Shown piece by piece: positions 7,024 through 19,244 of a stretch of 32,000 nucleotides of DNA (position 1 is its first letter; every line of letters starts with the position of its first letter). The position numbers were made by a program, and so were the translations under genes. Origin of the DNA: Methylorubrum extorquens (GTDB taxonomy: Bacteria > Pseudomonadota > Alphaproteobacteria > Rhizobiales > Beijerinckiaceae); the NCBI GenBank assembly GCA_900234795.1, contig LT962688.1, positions 1,890,001 through 1,922,000 of the forward strand, written 5' to 3'. Under the pieces are notes generated by a model that worked only from the letters and a program-made list of their open reading frames with translations, did no database searches and was not told the DNA's origin.

Positions 7024-8052
7024 ATGGCAGAGACGAATGCGGCAGGCATGACGGGAGCCGAGAACGAGAACCGATCGGGCGAGCTGGCGAACGCCAGCCT
7101 CGATGCGCAGGCACGCGCCTGGATTGTTCGGCTCACTTCGGGTTCGGCGACGCAGGCCGATGCGGACGCCTGCGCCGCATGGCGCGCGAACCCGGATCAC
7201 GAGGCTGCCTTCCGCGTTGCTGCACGACTGTGGCAGCAGACCGGACCGGCTCTGAGGACCAGTGTCTCCGCCCCTGACATGCAGACCCTGCCGCGGCCGA
7301 CACGCCGACAGGTCCTGCGCCGGGCGGCCTGGGGCGCCGGTGCCGCCTCCCTTGCGGCGGGCGGAGGAGCGATCGCGCTGCGTTGGCCGGAACTGAGTGC
7401 CACCTATCGCACCGGAACGGGCGAGGTTCGATCGGTGAGGCTTCCGGACGGAACGCGTCTCGACCTCGACGCGCAGACGGCTCTCGATCTGGAGACAATC
7501 GGACAACGACATGTCGTCAGCCTTCACGCTGGCGCCCTCGTCGTGACGGCACCGGAGTCTGTCTCGGTCACCATCTGGGCCGGTGACACCCGAACGAGCA
7601 CACGTCCCGCCCAGACAGCCGAACTCGCTGTGACATGTCGCCCGGCAGACGACGTTGCCGGCTGGTTCGGTCACGCGGATGTCGGTATCGCCTGCCTGTC
7701 CGGCGAAGCGGATTTCCAGAGCCGCGCTAGCGTGACGCCGATGCGCCTGCGGGCGGGATACGGAGTCGAAACCGGACACGGCGCGGGCACGGTTCACGGG
7801 ATCGACACCGCCACGGCCGCCGCGTGGCGCCGCGGCCTGCTGGTCTTCCGGGACACCCCGCTCGCGGCGGTCGTGAGTGACCTCAACCGTTACCGGTCCG
7901 GGCGGATCATGCTGGCAAGCGCCGCCGCCACCTCGCGCCGCGTCACCGGCGTGTTCCATCTCGACCGACCGGACGAGGCGTTGGCCAGCATCGGCACCGC
8001 TCTCGGCCTCATTGAGTACCGGTTGGGCGCCGGTCTCGTCGTCCTGCGCTGA
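7024..8052 (+). CDS. FecR-family transmembrane anti-sigma/sensor
   Basis: The N-terminal segment is ARAWIVRLTSG.ATQADADACAAWRANPDHEAAFRVAARLW. A single transmembrane segment (AAWGAGAASLAAGGGAIAL) follows, then a periplasmic FecR domain (GEVRSVRLPDGTRLDLDAQTAL). Confidence 0.9.
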   Translation: MAETNAAGMTGAENENRSGELANASLDAQARAWIVRLTSGSATQADADACAAWRANPDHEAAFRVAARLWQQTGPALRTSVSAPDMQTLPRPTRRQVLRRAAWGAGAASLAAGGGAIALRWPELSATYRTGTGEVRSVRLPDGTRLDLDAQTALDLETIGQRHVVSLHAGALVVTAPESVSVTIWAGDTRTSTRPAQTAELAVTCRPADDVAGWFGHADVGIACLSGEADFQSRASVTPMRLRAGYGVETGHGAGTVHGIDTATAAAWRRGLLVFRDTPLAAVVSDLNRYRSGRIMLASAAATSRRVTGVFHLDRPDEALASIGTALGLIEYRLGAGLVVLR

Positions 8053-8166
8053 AGCCGCGCGAAACTTTCTTTGCGGGTTTTGGGCGCCCGCACGTCTCAG
8101 CACTCAGGCAGGCACGGATCGACCTGCCGGAGAGCGGCGCCAAGCCGCGCTGGAGACGGTGGGCTG

Positions 8167-10701
8167 ATGAACGGGCGGCAGACGGGGAATGCAGAGCGGA
8201 ACGGACGGCGGATGGCGGCAGGATTGAGCGGATTCGCGGTGCTCGCCGCCGCTATGCCGAATCCGGTGGCGGCGGCCATCGATGCCGGGCACGGCCGGAT
8301 GGCCGCGTCGACGATCCGGCCGATCGTGCGCGTGTCGGCAGTCACGCAATCCGACGAAACGATCATCTTCGCGATCCCGGCTGGGCCGCTCGACGAAGCG
8401 CTGGCCGCCTATGCCGGGGCGAGTGGCGTACAATTGATCTACGACGCCCGCACCTCGGGCCGGGTTCGCTCGCCCGGTCTGTCGGGGGACTTCAACCGCG
8501 AAGAGGGCTTACGGCAGTTGCTCTCCGGCACCGGTCTCGTGCCGCAATTCGCCGGAGAGCGGATGGCGACTCTCGTCCGGGTGGTGGCCGAAGCCGTACT
8601 GACCCCCGCACCGGACGCGGCCGTCACCCTCGACATGCTGGAGGTGATGGGTGACGGCACGGTCGGCCCCGTCAACGGCTACGTCGCGCGCCGCAGCGCG
8701 ACCGCCACCAAAACCGGCACGCCGATCCTGGAGACGCCGCAGGCGATCAACGTGGTCGGCCGCAAGGAAATAGAGGATAGGCAAGCGCAGAGCGTGAGTC
8801 AGGCGCTGCTCTATACACCGGGGGTTCTCACGCAGTACGGCACGGACCTGCGCTACGACTGGCTCTATGTCCGTGGCTTCGTACCCGGACGCTACCTCGA
8901 CGGATTGCGCCTGCCGTTCGGTGCGCGCGGATACTCGCAGCCGCGCATCGAGTCGTACGGCTTGGAGCGGATCGAATTGCTGAAGGGCCCGTCGTCAGGG
9001 CTTTACGGGCAGAACTCGCCAGGTGGCCTGCTCAACCTCGTCAGCAAGCGGCCGAGTGCGGTTCCCCTACGCGAGATCCAACTTCAGACCGGCAGCTTCG
9101 GGCGCGCGCAGGCCGCCTTCGACCTGTCTGGTCCCGTCGATCCAGATGGCAGGATCCTGTATCGGCTGACCGGGCTCGCCCGCACGACCGGCACCCAGGT
9201 GGACTATCTGGAGGAAGACCGGGTCTTCATCGCGCCGAGCGTGACGTTCCGGCCGGATGCCGACACGTCCCTCACCATCCTGTCGCAGTACTTGCACATC
9301 GACTCGCCCGGAGGCGGAGCGCCACAGGGCTTGCCGGCGCTCGGCACGCTGTACAGCAATCCCAACGGACGCATTCCCACCCGCCGCTTCATCGGCGAAC
9401 CGAATTATGACCGCTTCAAGCTCGACCAAGGCTTCATCGGCTATGCTTTCGAGCATCGATTCAACGATGTCTGGACCGTACGCCAGAATTTGCGGTTCTC
9501 CCACGTCGAAGCCGACACTCAGCGCGTGCAGGCAATCGGGCTCGCGGCCAACGGTCGGACGCTATCCCGTTACGCCTGGGCGTTCCCGGAGCGCTCGAAC
9601 CTCTTCAACGTCGACAATCAGGCTGAGGCGCGCTTCCTCACGGGCCCCTTCGCGCACACGCTCCTATTCGGGGCTGACTATCTGCGCGAGGATGCGCGCT
9701 ACGACGAGTCCGAACTGCGGGTCGTCCCGTCCGTCGACATCTTCGCTCCGGCTTATGCCGGGACGGTCACGCGGCCCCCGCTCGGGACCCGGATCACGCA
9801 GGGGCGCAACCAGACCGGCCTCTATGCCCAGGACGAGATCCGCTTCGGCGGCTTCACGCTCACGCTGAGCGGGCGGCAGGATTGGGCGGACGCCGTGACC
9901 CGCACTCGTACGGCGACGAGCGGTGCGTTGACCCAGGTCCGCCAAAACGATGCCGCCTTCACCGGGCGAGTCGGTTTAAGCTACCTCTTCGACGGTGGCC
10001 TCTCACCATATGTCAGCTACGCCACGTCGTTCCAGCCGACCTCGGGCACGGACCGTCTTGGCTCACCGTTCGCGCCGACAACGGGCGAACAGATCGAGGC
10101 CGGCATTAAGGTGCAGCCGCCCGGCACCAACCTCTTGCTGACGGGCGCAGTGTTCGACCTGACGCAGCAGAACGTGCTGACGCCGGATAGCGCGGACTTC
10201 CGCTTCAATACACAGGCGGGCGAGGCTCGGGTCCGCGGTGTGGAACTTGAGGTCAAGGCAAGCCTGACTGACAGCCTCGACCTGATCGCTTCCTACGCGG
10301 GGATGAGCAGCGAGTTTACGAAGGCGAACGCCAACGCCTCCGGCGTCAGCATCGTCGGAAACGCGTTGCCGTTCGTGCCGCGGCATCAGGCTGCCGCTTG
10401 GCTCGATTACACGGTTCGGACCGGGACTTTTGCAGGTTTAGGGTTAGGAGCCGGCGTGCGCTACATTGGCACCTCAGTTGGCGACAACGCCAACCTTTAT
10501 CGGACTCCTGTTGTCACTTTGGTTGACGCCGCGATCCGTTACGACTTCGGATACCGGTATCCGGCGCTCAAGGGCGTCGATATGGCGGTGAATGCGATGA
10601 ACCTGTTCGACAAAACACACGTGACGACCTGCATCGCGGCGACCGGCTGCTTCTACGGCAATCGCCAGACGATCCTGGCGACGCTGCGCTATCGCTGGTG
10701 A
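8167..10701 (+). CDS. TonB-dependent siderophore receptor with N-terminal signalling (STN) domain
   Basis: The STN domain (IFAIPAGPLDEALAAYAGASGVQLIYDA...GLRQLLSGTGL), the plug (ETPQAINVVGRKEIEDRQAQSVSQALLYTPGV) and the beta-barrel ending in ATLRYRW are all present. The start could be 8071, 8167 or 8212. Confidence 0.92.
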   Translation: MNGRQTGNAERNGRRMAAGLSGFAVLAAAMPNPVAAAIDAGHGRMAASTIRPIVRVSAVTQSDETIIFAIPAGPLDEALAAYAGASGVQLIYDARTSGRVRSPGLSGDFNREEGLRQLLSGTGLVPQFAGERMATLVRVVAEAVLTPAPDAAVTLDMLEVMGDGTVGPVNGYVARRSATATKTGTPILETPQAINVVGRKEIEDRQAQSVSQALLYTPGVLTQYGTDLRYDWLYVRGFVPGRYLDGLRLPFGARGYSQPRIESYGLERIELLKGPSSGLYGQNSPGGLLNLVSKRPSAVPLREIQLQTGSFGRAQAAFDLSGPVDPDGRILYRLTGLARTTGTQVDYLEEDRVFIAPSVTFRPDADTSLTILSQYLHIDSPGGGAPQGLPALGTLYSNPNGRIPTRRFIGEPNYDRFKLDQGFIGYAFEHRFNDVWTVRQNLRFSHVEADTQRVQAIGLAANGRTLSRYAWAFPERSNLFNVDNQAEARFLTGPFAHTLLFGADYLREDARYDESELRVVPSVDIFAPAYAGTVTRPPLGTRITQGRNQTGLYAQDEIRFGGFTLTLSGRQDWADAVTRTRTATSGALTQVRQNDAAFTGRVGLSYLFDGGLSPYVSYATSFQPTSGTDRLGSPFAPTTGEQIEAGIKVQPPGTNLLLTGAVFDLTQQNVLTPDSADFRFNTQAGEARVRGVELEVKASLTDSLDLIASYAGMSSEFTKANANASGVSIVGNALPFVPRHQAAAWLDYTVRTGTFAGLGLGAGVRYIGTSVGDNANLYRTPVVTLVDAAIRYDFGYRYPALKGVDMAVNAMNLFDKTHVTTCIAATGCFYGNRQTILATLRYRW

Positions 10702-10713
10702 AGCAACGAGCAA

Positions 10714-10742
10714 GCCGGGCTGCTTATCTCATGTGGCCCGGC
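10714..10742 (+). terminator. hairpin after the receptor gene (weak terminator candidate)
   Basis: GCCGGGC (10714-10720) and GCCCGGC (10736-10742) form a 7 bp stem with a 15 nt loop, 13 nt after the stop. No U-tract follows. Confidence 0.3.
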
Positions 10743-10820
10743 ATACTGCTGCGATGTGATATTAGACGTGTTGGTCCACTCACTCGCTCAACCACGCCCC
10801 TCTCGCTTCGCGGCAAAGTC

Positions 10821-11313
10821 TTAAATTGGAATAGCGACCGGTGTACCGGGCGTGTTCCGGTAGCCGCTCACATTGCCGAACAGGATCCGGTTCGGCTCGA
10901 TGCCGATCGCCTTATTCCCTCCGGTGATCATCACCCCGCACCAATCGATGCGCAATGTGCCGTGCTGGGGATGAACGCCGAAGAGCTGCGGCGCCGTCCA
11001 GCCCAGGCGCACGGCCTCGGCGCCGAAGCGCTAGATGAGGTCGGTTAGGCCTCGTGGACGTTCGCCCAAGCGGTGGCGCCGAGATAGCAGCACGGCGACG
11101 AGTTCGGACGCAGGGCGCCGAAGGCTTTCCGCCACTCAGCGGCCTCGGGCGGGAGCAGATCGGGCGCAAGTTCGGGAAGGAGCATCACGGCTGCCGGCTG
11201 ATGGCGGGGCCGACGGCATAGGGTGGCCGGGTTGCTCCAGGCTTACCGGGCCGACGCGACGGTGGCCTCGCCCTCGGTGATCCAGTCGGCGACGGTGCGG
11301 TCGGGCCGACTCA
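10821..11313 (-). pseudogene. decayed gene split into three pieces by stops and a frameshift
   Basis: By hand translation the pieces are VSRPDRTVADWITEGEATVASAR*(TAA), then (same frame) ...MLLPELAPDLLPPEAAEWRKAFGALRPNSSPCCYLGATAWANVHEA*, then (other frame, after TAG) RFGAEAVRLGWTAPQLFGVHPQHGTLRIDWCGVMITGGNKAIGIEPNRILFGNVSGYRN. They read like one protein broken up. Confidence 0.3.
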
Positions 11314-11532
11314 CGCGTCATCCCCCGAGACGAAACAAGCCGCCAGAAACTCTGCCCCCTTCTCCGGATCGTAAACCCGCCCCATGAGCCGCCGGTCCTG
11401 ATCCTCCGTGACCCACAAGCCAGGGCTATCGGCATCCGGGGTCACGTAGCCGGCCACCTCTCTGCCGACTTTCACGACGAAGCCTTCCTCGCCGTTGGGC
11501 TCCATGGTGTGGTCTGGTGGGCTGTCGGGCAT
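11311..11532 (-). CDS. small hypothetical protein
   Basis: The ORF is 73 aa, or 64 aa from ATG 11505: MEPNGEEGFVVKVGREVAGYVTPDADSPGLWVTEDQDRRLMGRVYDPEKGAEFLAACFVSGDDA. Its stop overlaps the GTG of the first pseudogene piece (GTGA). Confidence 0.35.
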   Translation of the reverse strand: MPDSPPDHTMEPNGEEGFVVKVGREVAGYVTPDADSPGLWVTEDQDRRLMGRVYDPEKGAEFLAACFVSGDDA

Positions 11533-11676
11533 CGGGGCAGGTTAGCCTGGGCTCAGCGGTACGGCGAGAGTGCAACCAACGTTTCGCCAACGAAACCGGG
11601 TCGCCTGAGGCTCGAAAACGCCCACGAACAAGGCCCGAAGCCCCTGAAAACCTCTCACTTTCCTATGGAAGCAGCG

Positions 11677-11723
11677 CGCTCATAACGGTCTGGTTGCAGG
11701 TTCGAGTCCTGCCGGGCCCACCA
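11677..11723 (+). other. 3' fragment (about 47 nt) of a tRNA with CAU anticodon, a putative att-site scar
   Basis: The sequence reads CG-CTCATAA-CGGTC-TGGTT-GCAGG-TTCGAGT-CCTGC-CGGGCCC-A-CCA. That gives the anticodon loop, 3' anticodon stem, 5 nt variable loop, a perfect T arm, the 3' acceptor strand and CCA. The sequence upstream cannot supply the 5' acceptor strand or a D arm. Confidence 0.6.
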
Positions 11724-12013
11724 TCTCCTGTTTGCACCGAACGTCTTTGCCAACACGCGCAGCAGCGCCCGAATCCGACAGCGCGCGGCCGAGGATCCGC
11801 ACCGGGTCGATCCGGCACCCTGCATCGACTGCCGGAGGCCGGCAGACGGGCGAAGGAATTGCCGGCGCGCACAATCAACCGTGGCGCGAAGACGATCGAA
11901 CAACTTTCCGTCGTCTCGCGAGTTGAGGTTTGGGGGGCCCTGAATGGAGACAGGGCATGAACGGTCAGGCCGAAACCCGTATCACCGAGCGCAACCGAGC
12001 CCGCGCGGCGCGC

Positions 12014-13078
12014 ATGAAGGCGGCGATCTTCGTCGAGCCGGGGCGCATCGTGCTGGATGAGAAGCCGGTCCCCGAGATCGGGCCGCTCGATGCCCTCATC
12101 CGCATCACCACCACCACGATCTGCGGCACCGACATCCACATCCTCAAGGGCGAGTATCCAGTCGCGCGCGGCCTGACGATCGGCCACGAGCCGGTCGGGC
12201 TCATCGAGCGGCTCGGCAGCGCGGTCCAGGGGTTCCAGGAGGGTCAGCGGGTGGTGGCCGGCGCGATCACGCCGTCCGGGCACAGCGCCGCCTGCCTCTG
12301 CGGCTGCCTCTCGCAGGACGGCCCGGACACGAAGTACGGCTTCAAGCCCATGGGCGGCTGGCGCTTCGGCAACACCATCGACGGCTCCCAGGCCGAATAC
12401 CTCCTCGTGCCCGACGCCATGACGAACCTCGCCCCCGTTCCGCACGATCTGAGCGACGAGCAGGTTCTCATGTGTCCCGACATCATGTCGACGGGCTTCT
12501 CCGGGGCGGAGAGCGGCAGCGTGCGGATCGGCGACACGGTCGCGGTCTTCGCCCAGGGGCCGATCGGCCTCTGCGCCACGGCCGGAGCGCGGCTGATGGG
12601 GGCCACGCGGATCATCGCCGTGGAATGCGTGCCTAAGCGCCAGCAGGTCGCCCGCAGCATGGGCGCGGACGAAATCGTGGATTTCTCCAAGGAAGATCCG
12701 GTCGATGCGATCCTGCGGATCACCGACGGCCGGGGCGTCGATGTGGCGATCGAGGCGCTGGGGCGGCAATCGACCTTCGAGGCCGCCCTGCGCGTGCTGC
12801 GCCCGGGCGGAACGCTCGCCTCCCTCGGCGTCTATTCGGAGGATCTGCGCATCCCGCTCGGCCCCTTCGTGGCGGGGCTCGGCAACCACACCATCGTCAC
12901 CACGCTCTGCCCCGGCGGGAAGGAGCGCATGCGCCGCCTGATGTCGGTCGTCGCCTCCGGCCGCATCGATGCCCGCGCACTCGTCACGCACCGCTTCAGG
13001 CTGGAGGCGATCGAGGAGGCCTACGACCTCTTCGCGCACCAGCGCGACGGCGTCTTGAAGGTCGCGATCACGCCCTGA
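12014..13078 (+). CDS. zinc-dependent NAD(P) alcohol dehydrogenase (medium-chain family)
   Basis: The N-terminal half reads MKAAIFVEPGRIVLDEKPVPEIGPLDALIRITTTTICGTDIHILKGEYP...GHEPVG. The Rossmann motif is AVFAQGPIGLCA. ATG 12014 is preferred over the longer 11930 start. Confidence 0.92.
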   Translation: MKAAIFVEPGRIVLDEKPVPEIGPLDALIRITTTTICGTDIHILKGEYPVARGLTIGHEPVGLIERLGSAVQGFQEGQRVVAGAITPSGHSAACLCGCLSQDGPDTKYGFKPMGGWRFGNTIDGSQAEYLLVPDAMTNLAPVPHDLSDEQVLMCPDIMSTGFSGAESGSVRIGDTVAVFAQGPIGLCATAGARLMGATRIIAVECVPKRQQVARSMGADEIVDFSKEDPVDAILRITDGRGVDVAIEALGRQSTFEAALRVLRPGGTLASLGVYSEDLRIPLGPFVAGLGNHTIVTTLCPGGKERMRRLMSVVASGRIDARALVTHRFRLEAIEEAYDLFAHQRDGVLKVAITP

Positions 13079-13392
13079 TCCGCCGCTCCGGGCGGAGTGA
13101 GGATGCGCAACTGCGAGACCGCGCGCCCTCACGCGGCTGACAGGCTCCTCAAGCCGTTTGACGGGCATTCTGGCGGTGGGCTGGTTCCGCCTTGACCCGC
13201 TCCGGTAACGCCTCAAGCGGAATGACCTCTTGGCGTGTCTGACGTCGCAGTGGTTTGCGCAATCCTCCTGCCCGTATTCACGGAGCGTAAACGCGTCCCG
13301 TCCCATCATTGTCGGACGAGCGTAACCTCTGCCCAGAAGTTTCACGACGGTGTCGGGGCTGTACAGAGGCGGCTTCAGCGAAGACGAAGTGA

Positions 13393-13986
13393 TTGAAACC
13401 CTCCCGGCCTGCCCCGCACAATCGAACCCACCAAGCGCCGGACACATTGAGGTCGCGGTTCATCGGCGACGTGGGTGGGATCGCTGCGGTCGAGCTCTCG
13501 CTCGTGATCTTGCCGCTCTTCGTCCTGATGATGGTGATCGCGGAGGCTTCGCTCTTCGTGTTCGCCCAGCAGCAATTCGATCTCTCGGTTCAGCGGGCGG
13601 CACGCCTCCTCCGCACGGGGACGTTCCAAGAAGAGGCGACCGGCGCCGACCCGGCGCAGTCCCTGCGTGGTTTGCTCTGCGGCACCGGCATCCGGCTCTA
13701 CCAATGCGATGAGATGCGGGTCGATCTCGTGCGCACCGCCACCTTCGCCATCAAGCAGATCGCGCCGGCCTACGATGTCGCCCGCGGCGACTGGGCCGCC
13801 GGGTTCGGTACGCAGTTCACCTGTCCGTCGGGCGGCGGCATCCATGTCCTGCGTGCCGCCGTGCCGATCTTGCGGCCCTTCAGCTTTCTCGACTTCACCG
13901 GCCAGCGCATGCCCGGCGGCAAGCAACTCCTCACGGCGACAGCTGTCTTCCGCACGGAGGATTATGCGGACAAGCCGTGTGCATGA
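13393..13986 (+). CDS. TadE-like (Flp pilus assembly/pseudopilin-like) protein
   Basis: The N-terminal GGIAAVELSLVILPLFVLMMVIAEASLFVFAQQQFDLSVQRAARLL is the TadE/TadG N-terminal motif. The start may be TTG 13393 or TTG 13447. Confidence 0.75.
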   Translation: MKPSRPAPHNRTHQAPDTLRSRFIGDVGGIAAVELSLVILPLFVLMMVIAEASLFVFAQQQFDLSVQRAARLLRTGTFQEEATGADPAQSLRGLLCGTGIRLYQCDEMRVDLVRTATFAIKQIAPAYDVARGDWAAGFGTQFTCPSGGGIHVLRAAVPILRPFSFLDFTGQRMPGGKQLLTATAVFRTEDYADKPCA

Positions 13987-14591
13987 GGCCGCGGAGGCAC
14001 CTCCGGACAGGACGGCGCGCGGCGGCGGCCACGCATGCGTTCGGTCGAGCCGAAGGCGGTGTGAGCGCCATCGAATTTGCCTTCATCGCACCGGTCCTCG
14101 TGATCCTGTTCATTGCAGCGATCGAGATTCCACGGGCGATCGCAACCAATAACCGTCTGGCCCAGGCCACGATCGCGATGGCCGATCTTGCCTCCAAGAA
14201 CGATTACGCTGACATCAACGACGTGTTCGCGGCCGCTCAGGTCGTGGCCGCCCCCTACAGCTTGACCGGAACCGGCATCGTGCTGACCGCGGGCGGGGTC
14301 TATCAGGTGGGCAACGACTTCGTGGCCAGGGTCTGCTCCAGCGTCCAATGGGGGGACAAGGCGCGTATCGTCGGTTCGGATATCGGGCCGCCGCCGGCGG
14401 GGACGGCCTCGAAAGGCGACCGCTTCGTCATGGCCGAAACGCGGCTGTCCTACCGACCGCTGTTTTCCTTCTTTCCGGTTCTCAACACGTTGACCTTCAC
14501 GGGCAAGGCCGCCTGGCCGGTGCGCGAGGGGATCGCCACCAACGGACAGGCTGAAGTTGTCTTGCCGAGTGGAAAGCCATGTCCGCCTTGA
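13983..14591 (+). CDS. TadE-like protein
   Basis: The ATG overlaps the previous stop (ATGA). The TadE motif is GGVSAIEFAFIAPVLVILFIAAIEIPRAIATNNRLAQA. Confidence 0.8.
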   Translation: MRPRRHLRTGRRAAAATHAFGRAEGGVSAIEFAFIAPVLVILFIAAIEIPRAIATNNRLAQATIAMADLASKNDYADINDVFAAAQVVAAPYSLTGTGIVLTAGGVYQVGNDFVARVCSSVQWGDKARIVGSDIGPPPAGTASKGDRFVMAETRLSYRPLFSFFPVLNTLTFTGKAAWPVREGIATNGQAEVVLPSGKPCPP

Positions 14592-14789
14592 TCCGGACCG
14601 CATCATTCGATCGCGTTGCTCGGCCGATCGGCCCATCCCTCCGTCCGTGACGCTGAAGGAGAGGCTTCTCGTCGTGAAGGGTGCGTAAACCGTACGCACA
14701 CTGCTCGGTCCTTGCGCAATAGACCCTATTAACGCGGGAGAATTATCCCTTCGGACAGGGACGCAGCCAGCAACAGGTCAACAGTCACG

Positions 14790-16211
14790 ATGGTGGCGCG
14801 GGACGTAAACGGAGGGTCGACGCGCACGATTCGGTGGAGGCAGCCCTTCGCGCGCCTGTGCCGGCAGAATGACGGCTCGGTCGCGGTGATCTTCGCGCTG
14901 GCGGGCTCCACCCTGATCGGCCTGGTCGGAGGGGCGATCGACTACGCACGGTTTGCCTCTGCGCGCACCAATCTGCAAAGCGCGGTCGATGCCGGCGTGC
15001 TGGCCGGCGGCAACGCCCTCAAGCTGGTCGTGTCGAGCAGCGAGTCCATCGTCGGCCTGACGACCCAGACGATCCAGGCCGAGGCGAAAGCCGGCGCCGA
15101 CGCCCCGGTCTCCATCCAAGTCACCGTCGCCTCCGACAAGACGAGCGTCGAGGCGCGCGCCGAACAGGTCATCAAGCTCACGTTCGGGGCCTTCGTCGGC
15201 ATGGCCTCGATCCCGATTTCGGCGCGCGCCCGGGCGAGCGTCGTGGGGCGGATGCGCCTGTGCATGCTGGCGCTCGATCCCGCGGCGGCGGGTGCATTCA
15301 ACCTGGAGCGCAACGCGCAGGTCACGGCCTACGATTGCGCCCTCTACTCGAACTCCGTCAGCCGCTCGGGGATGGTCGGTCGCGACGGTGCGCTCGCCCG
15401 GGCGCAGACGATCTGCTCCGCGGGGGGCTTCAAGGACGACCGGGCGAACTTCACGCCCAGCCCGCAGACGAGCTGTCCCGTCATCGAGGACCCGCTCCGC
15501 AACCGGCCGGCCCCGCCGGTCGGGAGCTGCGTGAACCTGCCCGAGATCCTCCGCCTTGCCGATCTGCTGACCGGCAAGAGCAAGGGCAACAACGTCATCG
15601 CGACGCCGTTCACCCTCGATCCCGGCACCTATTGCGGCGGCTTGCACATCACGAAGAATGCCGTCGTCACGCTGCGGCCGGGCATCTACGTCATGAAGGA
15701 CGGCCCGCTCATCGTCGACAAGAGGGCGACGATGACGGGCAAGGATGTCGGCTTCTACTTCGTCGGAAACAACAGCGGCCTTCTCTTCGACAAGAGGACG
15801 ACCGTGGACCTGACAGCGCCGACGACGGGGGCGATGGCGGGCCTGCTGATGGCGGAGGACCCGTCCGTCGCCCTGCCGACCGATCCGGTGCTGGCCGTCG
15901 ATACGCTTCTTGGCGACATCGTCACGCCGACGCCCCTGCCGCTCAACGCAAGCAAGCCGATGCGGACCTACCGCATCATCAGCGACAACACCCGCACCAT
16001 GCTCGGGACCATCTACCTGCCGGCCGGTCGCCTCGTGATCGATTCACAGCGGCCCGTGGCGGATCTCTCCGCCTATACGGTCGTCGTGGCCCAGCAGATC
16101 AATCTCTACGAGGGCCCGAACCTCTACCTCAACGCGGATTACAACCGTTCGAGCGTTCCGCTCCCGAAGGGGGTCGGCCCGATCTCGGGGCGGCTCGTCA
16201 TCAGCCAATAG
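14790..16211 (+). CDS. TadG-like large pilus-assembly-related protein
   Basis: The TadG-type N-terminus is DGSVAVIFALAGSTLIGLVGGAIDYARFASARTNLQSAVDAGVLAG. The remainder of the 473 aa is Cys-containing, with no vWA motif seen. Confidence 0.8.
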   Translation: MVARDVNGGSTRTIRWRQPFARLCRQNDGSVAVIFALAGSTLIGLVGGAIDYARFASARTNLQSAVDAGVLAGGNALKLVVSSSESIVGLTTQTIQAEAKAGADAPVSIQVTVASDKTSVEARAEQVIKLTFGAFVGMASIPISARARASVVGRMRLCMLALDPAAAGAFNLERNAQVTAYDCALYSNSVSRSGMVGRDGALARAQTICSAGGFKDDRANFTPSPQTSCPVIEDPLRNRPAPPVGSCVNLPEILRLADLLTGKSKGNNVIATPFTLDPGTYCGGLHITKNAVVTLRPGIYVMKDGPLIVDKRATMTGKDVGFYFVGNNSGLLFDKRTTVDLTAPTTGAMAGLLMAEDPSVALPTDPVLAVDTLLGDIVTPTPLPLNASKPMRTYRIISDNTRTMLGTIYLPAGRLVIDSQRPVADLSAYTVVVAQQINLYEGPNLYLNADYNRSSVPLPKGVGPISGRLVISQ

Positions 16212-16324
16212 AGCATCGTTCCGAAAGGTGATCACCGGCCTTTGGGAAAAACGATGCAAGAACATGATCTTAGAGCGTCGTCCTGGATCGATTATTCAGG
16301 ACGAGGCTCTCGCCATCGCGATCC

Positions 16325-19123
<2,799 letters not shown>

Positions 19124-19244
19124 GGGGCGGACGAGCCTGTGACGGATGATGCTCGAGGCGACACGCTGATGCCGTGTCCGGTCCCTGTCGGGCCGGGCTG
19201 ACTCGCTGACCCGCTCTAACGCTCTGCTCGCGCGAAAAGCCGGA

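Larger units (their letters stand above)
1..11723. mobile_element. putative integrated genomic island (right portion; left end outside the window)
   Basis: A tRNA 3' fragment sits at the right edge with decayed ORFs next to it. AT-rich patches occur at 215-720 and 6150-6350. The gene content is accessory in character (small paralog families, an SOS cassette, an iron-uptake module). No integrase is present in the window. Confidence 0.35.

Noticed and set aside
6805-8103. A 432-aa minus-strand ORF
   Set aside because: It is antisense to the FecR gene and has an arginine- and glycine-rich composition.
8053-8166. A FecI-dependent promoter between fecR and the receptor (GAAAC ... CGTC)
   Set aside because: The spacing between the candidate -35 and -10 elements is about 27 nt, far from the 16-17 nt expected. 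I could not find a convincing alternative by eye.
11648-11723. An intact 76 nt tRNA-Met
   Set aside because: The 5' 29 nt (AAACCTCTCACTTTCCTATGGAAGCAGCG) cannot form the acceptor or D stems, and the anticodon stem has 2 mismatches in 5. Only the 3' 47 nt are tRNA-like.
11631-11960. A two-piece (permuted) tmRNA, considered because the T arm plus ACCA end is followed by non-coding-looking sequence
   Set aside because: The acceptor strand CGGGCCC would pair as G3:C70 rather than the G:U needed for alanylation. No GGGG-type 5' acceptor strand follows, and I found no ANDN...AA-type tag frame downstream.
11663-13447. A 594-aa minus-strand ORF
   Set aside because: It is antisense to the alcohol dehydrogenase gene, whose translation has clear family motifs. 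The ORF itself is low-complexity and R/G/D-rich, and it runs across the tRNA fragment.
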